Assembly: GCA_963768055.1 (NCBI GenBank)
Contig: CAVYGN010000002.1
Location: 928,001-992,000, forward strand
Source of the DNA: an uncultured Spirochaetota bacterium
GTDB lineage: Bacteria > Spirochaetota > Brevinematia > Brevinematales > JAOACQ01
Length of the DNA stretch: 64,000 nt
Direction of reading: 5' to 3'
The notes beneath the pieces are model-generated. The model worked only from the letters and a program-made list of their open reading frames with translations. It made no database searches and had not been told where the DNA came from. Shown in pieces: positions 60,023 through 64,000 of this stretch (its first letter is position 1; every line of letters starts with the position of its first letter). Made by a program: the position numbers and the translations under genes.

Positions 60023-61370
60023 CAGGTATTATAACCCCGATAACCGGACCTATTATAATCTTAACAATTATGACGTCCTTGAAAACAAGACCATAATGCC
60101 TGTATTCGGCAACGGCCTTGTAGCCGGGAGCATGACAAATATGCCTGTTTATAAGACCGATATTCATATAATCCTTCAGCAGCAAAGACTTAAAAAGATT
60201 ATCGATTACTTTAATAGCTACATAAACGAAGGAAAAATATTCGGCTCAGAGGATTATGTAACAAGGTTTATTTCAGGCCTGAATTTTCAATTATTCGGAT
60301 ACCTGGGCGGTGAAACTTACCTTGAAGAAACCCGGTCCGAATATCCTTTTTGGGACCACCTGTCCATGTCGAAAAAATTTTTTATCAAAGACCTGGTAAA
60401 CCTTGCAAAGATAGTAAGCAAATGGGAAATAAAGGGAAACCGAATTACGACCAATAAAAACCTTGGCAGCGATTCCTCGTTCCTGGCCGACGGAAAATCG
60501 CTTGAATTTTTCAATGTCCTGAAACTATTGTATGGAATACCGCTGGATACTGAATATGTTCCTGTCGGTTCTGTAGATATTGCGGCCCTGAAATTCGGCA
60601 TCGAAGCCGAATCTTCTTTTTTCGGCACTTATCCCCGCGAATCCGTCTTCGGCTATAATATCGACGCGGTCAATCATAGCTTCTGGGAACCTGACAAAAC
60701 GGCTGAAATAGTTATTAAATCCCTTAAGGATGAAAATTCAATATCAAGGGTCCTGAAACTCCTTGAAAAAACAAAAAAGAACAGGGACATAACAGTTTCG
60801 GAAATTGAAGAAGATAAAAGCAAACCCTGCGCCGACGGGGGGATCAGGAAAATTTCATATATAAAAAAGAGTGAAATAAAAAGTGATTCTATAAAAAAAT
60901 CCGAGAGGCAAAATAAATACGCAGTATCTTATATTAATTACGATCTCAATGTCATCGACACCGGCAGACTCGAGAATTACGCTGTGGAAATCCCGCTGAA
61001 GCAAATTTATACAATCGAAAATTTCATTGAAACTACTAAAGACATCTTAAGGCAGGAAGTGCCCTTCAGGATAAACGCGGAGTTTTTCATTCTGGAAGGG
61101 CCGGTTACCGTTGAAAAAAGAATAGTATATCCGGACCCTATAATACTCTGTATTTTCAAAGAGTTTCCCGGGACTTATATTCCTGTGGAAGCATGGCTGC
61201 CCGACCAGGCTAAAATCTTAAAAATGCATGAGGCGTCGATTGAGCATGGCGGGATGATCAATACATTCGACACGAAAAGACTGCAAAAGCCGGAAAAAAG
61301 CGAAACCGCAGGAAAAACTGTCTGGAAAACCAATACCTTCCGGCCCTCAGGAACACTTCCGCCTTTTTGA
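60009..61370 (+). CDS. Hypothetical protein (453 aa)
   Basis: Long open frame overlapping the UPF0158 stop, GGAGG upstream; no family recognised. Confidence 0.7.
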   Translation: MKYPDRYYNPDNRTYYNLNNYDVLENKTIMPVFGNGLVAGSMTNMPVYKTDIHIILQQQRLKKIIDYFNSYINEGKIFGSEDYVTRFISGLNFQLFGYLGGETYLEETRSEYPFWDHLSMSKKFFIKDLVNLAKIVSKWEIKGNRITTNKNLGSDSSFLADGKSLEFFNVLKLLYGIPLDTEYVPVGSVDIAALKFGIEAESSFFGTYPRESVFGYNIDAVNHSFWEPDKTAEIVIKSLKDENSISRVLKLLEKTKKNRDITVSEIEEDKSKPCADGGIRKISYIKKSEIKSDSIKKSERQNKYAVSYINYDLNVIDTGRLENYAVEIPLKQIYTIENFIETTKDILRQEVPFRINAEFFILEGPVTVEKRIVYPDPIILCIFKEFPGTYIPVEAWLPDQAKILKMHEASIEHGGMINTFDTKRLQKPEKSETAGKTVWKTNTFRPSGTLPPF

Positions 61371-61443
61371 GATTGTTTTTTGAAATAAAGAGCATCATAA
61401 TATAAGATAAATGCAGGCTTAATTAATGTTATAAGAGGTTGCG

Positions 61444-62715
61444 ATGGACAGAAATTGGGAATTGTTGAAACAGAACGACCCTGAAGTTTTTAGCGCTATA
61501 AAAGGCGAGGAAGAACGGGAAAGGAAAGGCATAGAATTGATACCCTCGGAAAATTATACTTATCCCGAGGTTTTTGCGGCTAACGGCAGTATTTTTACGA
61601 ATAAATATTCGGAAGGTTATCCCGGGAAAAGGTATTACGGGGGCCAGGAATATACGGATTATATTGAAAGACTTGCGATCGAAAGGGCGAAAAAGGTATT
61701 CCGCTGCGAACATGCCAACGTTCAAGCCCTGTCCGGTTCCCCGATGAACCAGGCCGTTTATCTTGCCTTCTTAAAACCCGGCGATACGGTGCTCGGCATG
61801 GACCTGTCGCATGGCGGTCATTTAACACATGGGGCGCCTGTATCGCATATGGGGAAGATTTTCAACTTTATCAGGTATAAAACTGATCCCGATAATAAGG
61901 GCAGGATCGATTTTGATTCCCTGATGAAAATCGCCAGGGAACATAAACCTAAAATTGTTCTCTGCGGTTTTACATCGTACCCAAGGGATTATAATTACGA
62001 GGATTTTAAGAAAATCGCCGATGAGGTAGGGGCCATCACAATGGCTGATGTAGCCCATATAGGCGGGCTTATCGCCGCCGGGGTGATGAAGAACCCGTTC
62101 GATTTCGGTTTTGATATTGTTACTACAACCACCCATAAAAGCCTTAGGGGCCCCAGGGGGGCCCTGATCATGTGCAGGGAAAAATTTGCTTCATCAATAG
62201 ATAAATCCGTTTTTCCGGGGCTCCAGGGAGGACCGCATATGCACACGGTAGCTGCTATAGCAGTAGCTCTCGGTAAAGCACTAAAACCCGAATTCAGGGA
62301 ATACGGCGTCCAGATACTTAAAAATGCCAAGGTGCTTTCGGAAACACTGATGGAATCCGGGGTAAGCCTTGTAACAGGCGGAACAGAAAATCATCTTATG
62401 GTTGCCGATATAATCAAAAGTTTCGGCTATGACGGTAAGATTGCCGAACAGGTCCTTGACAGCGTCTCTATAACAACTAATAAGCAGATAATCCCGGACG
62501 ACCCGAATCCGCCTTTAAGGCCCAGCGGCATAAGGCTTGGAACGCCCGCCGCCACTACAAGAAACATGAAAGAGCAGGAAATGGGAAAGATAGGATTATG
62601 GATAGCAAACGCCCTCAAAAATCATGATAATGAGGCGGTTTTGTCAGGGATAAAAAAAGAAGTAGAGGAGCTCTGTTTAAAGTTTCCGGTACCGGGCCTC
62701 ACCATTTCAGAATAA
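61444..62715 (+). CDS. glyA: Serine hydroxymethyltransferase
   Basis: ELIPSEN, NKYSEGYPGKRYYGG, HGGHLTHG, TTTTHKSLRGPRG, SGIRLGTPA. Confidence 0.99.
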   Translation: MDRNWELLKQNDPEVFSAIKGEEERERKGIELIPSENYTYPEVFAANGSIFTNKYSEGYPGKRYYGGQEYTDYIERLAIERAKKVFRCEHANVQALSGSPMNQAVYLAFLKPGDTVLGMDLSHGGHLTHGAPVSHMGKIFNFIRYKTDPDNKGRIDFDSLMKIAREHKPKIVLCGFTSYPRDYNYEDFKKIADEVGAITMADVAHIGGLIAAGVMKNPFDFGFDIVTTTTHKSLRGPRGALIMCREKFASSIDKSVFPGLQGGPHMHTVAAIAVALGKALKPEFREYGVQILKNAKVLSETLMESGVSLVTGGTENHLMVADIIKSFGYDGKIAEQVLDSVSITTNKQIIPDDPNPPLRPSGIRLGTPAATTRNMKEQEMGKIGLWIANALKNHDNEAVLSGIKKEVEELCLKFPVPGLTISE

Positions 62716-62726
62716 AGGAGGGCCTC

Positions 62727-63188
62727 ATGAAATTATATCTAGTCCGCCATGGAGAAGCCGTCCAGACTGAAAACGATAATGAAAGGGTCCTCACAAAAGA
62801 AGGCAGGGAAAGGGTGGAAGAAACCGCCGGATTTCTTTTTAAAAATAATGTCAATGTGGATATAATTTATCATAGCGTAAAAACCAGGGCAAGAGAAACG
62901 GCGAATATTATTGCCGCTAAGATAAACCCTTCCGGAGGAATAAAGGAATCCCCGGATTTGAAGCCTAATGATCCGGTAAGATCATGGCTTTATAACGCAG
63001 GGAACTTGAAGAGTGACGCGATGATTGTCGGCCATCTTCCCCATCTCTCAAAGCTTGTTTCATCTCTTACCGCAGGGGATGAAAACAGGGACATCCTTGT
63101 TATAGGAGGCGCATCAGTTGCCTGCCTTGAAAAAACGGGCGTCGACAACTGGTCTGTACTCTGGTTTGTAAATCCGGATATACTCTGA
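62727..63188 (+). CDS. sixA: Phosphohistidine phosphatase SixA
   Basis: LYLVRHGEA, R.LT..G, HS.K.RA.ETA, L.PND, VGHLP.L. Confidence 0.93.
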   Translation: MKLYLVRHGEAVQTENDNERVLTKEGRERVEETAGFLFKNNVNVDIIYHSVKTRARETANIIAAKINPSGGIKESPDLKPNDPVRSWLYNAGNLKSDAMIVGHLPHLSKLVSSLTAGDENRDILVIGGASVACLEKTGVDNWSVLWFVNPDIL

Positions 63189-63203
63189 ACAGGGTGGTTT
63201 TTT

Positions 63204-64000
63204 ATGACCCGATCCACCTGGCTGCACATGAGGATACCGTTTTCATATTTTTTAACCCCTGTTTTTATGCTTTCCCTGTGTCTGTCCAGGGAAATCAATA
63301 TCTTTAAGGCCGTCTTTTCATTTTTGATCATACATCTTCTGGTTTATCCTGCCAGTAACGGCTTTAACTCATACTACGACCGGGATGAACAGAGTATCGG
63401 GGGCCTCGGAAAACCCCCGGCCGTTACCCCCGATCTGCTCTATGTTTCCCTGTTGTTTGAACTGTCCGCCGTTCTTCTCGCTTTGATCATCAGCATTCCC
63501 TTTGCTGCAGGATTATTTATATATGGAATAGGTTCGAAATTATACAGTTATGACAGGACCCGGTTTAAAAAAAGGCCGTTCCTCAGCTGGATCAGCGTAT
63601 CGCTGTTTGGCGGTTTCCTGATTTTTCTTTTAGCGTACGGTTCGTTCAACACCGGCGGATATAATCTGATTTTTAATCCTGAAACCCTTATCCCGGCAAT
63701 AATAGCCTCATTTTACCTGATGGCCTCTTATCCGCTTACCCAGGTTTATCAGCATGAAGAAGACAGGCGCAGGGGCGATATAACTATTTCAATTCTTCTC
63801 GGGATTAAAGGCACTTTTATTATTGCCGCTGTTTTTTTTATTCTGGCCCTGGCGGGGTTTATAATCTATTTTAATCATTATCGGGGTGCTTTTCCCGCCG
63901 TATTATTTTTTGCCGTTCAATTGCCGGCGATTGCTTATTTTATTTCCTGGTTTTTACGGGTATTCAGGGATGTGAGGGCTGCAGGGTTCAAATCAGCAAT
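63204..64000 (+). CDS. UbiA-family prenyltransferase, runs off the window end (not in ORF track)
   Basis: Hand translation: LHMRIPFSYFL.P, YPASNGFNSYYDRDE.SIGGL, YPLTQVYQHEED..RGD.TIS; hydrophobic. Confidence 0.88.
   Translation, partial: MTRSTWLHMRIPFSYFLTPVFMLSLCLSREINIFKAVFSFLIIHLLVYPASNGFNSYYDRDEQSIGGLGKPPAVTPDLLYVSLLFELSAVLLALIISIPFAAGLFIYGIGSKLYSYDRTRFKKRPFLSWISVSLFGGFLIFLLAYGSFNTGGYNLIFNPETLIPAIIASFYLMASYPLTQVYQHEEDRRRGDITISILLGIKGTFIIAAVFFILALAGFIIYFNHYRGAFPAVLFFAVQLPAIAYFISWFLRVFRDVRAAGFKSA

Noticed and set aside
61371..61443. ZTP or glycine riboswitch upstream of glyA
   Set aside because: Only 73 nt, AT-rich, and no conserved aptamer motifs.
1..64000. tRNA, rRNA, CRISPR array, prophage or intact transposase
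   Set aside because: The larger intergenic gaps were read and none showed cloverleaf, rRNA or repeat-spacer patterns; no ORF has phage structural or transposase motifs.

Overview
Bacterial chromosomal window, most likely from a spirochaete (FlaA sheath protein, spirochaete-like RpoA N-terminus; a deep-branching Brachyspira/Brevinema-like lineage is inference only). 1-29.7 kb is one co-oriented superoperon: secE-nusG-rplKAJL-rpoBC, then str, S10, spc and alpha clusters ending at rplQ. Its oddities are a ~146-aa K/E/A-rich N-terminal extension on L5, no rpmD, a non-canonical EF-Tu switch I, and single-base frameshifts in rplR and adk (probably assembly errors). 29.8-64 kb mixes housekeeping genes (hom, folD, gatB, gpsA, coaX, amidase, flaA, Maf, a class B PBP, HIT-rpsU-yqeY, bioY, rlmN, pta, coaD, glyA, sixA, partial UbiA) with two accessory patches (~31.2-37.1 kb, ~58.8-61.4 kb) containing gene remnants and short repeats. 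The best leads are: a tyrosine-recombinase domain lacking most catalytic residues but with an apparent leaderless promoter; a TM-HAMP pseudo-cyclase; two sigma28-like promoters facing each other upstream of flaA; a BirA-boxed bioY-DUF1284 operon; and a ~40% acidic zinc-ribbon protein. No rRNA, tRNA, CRISPR array or intact mobile element was seen. All calls come from motif recognition by eye; no database searches were run.
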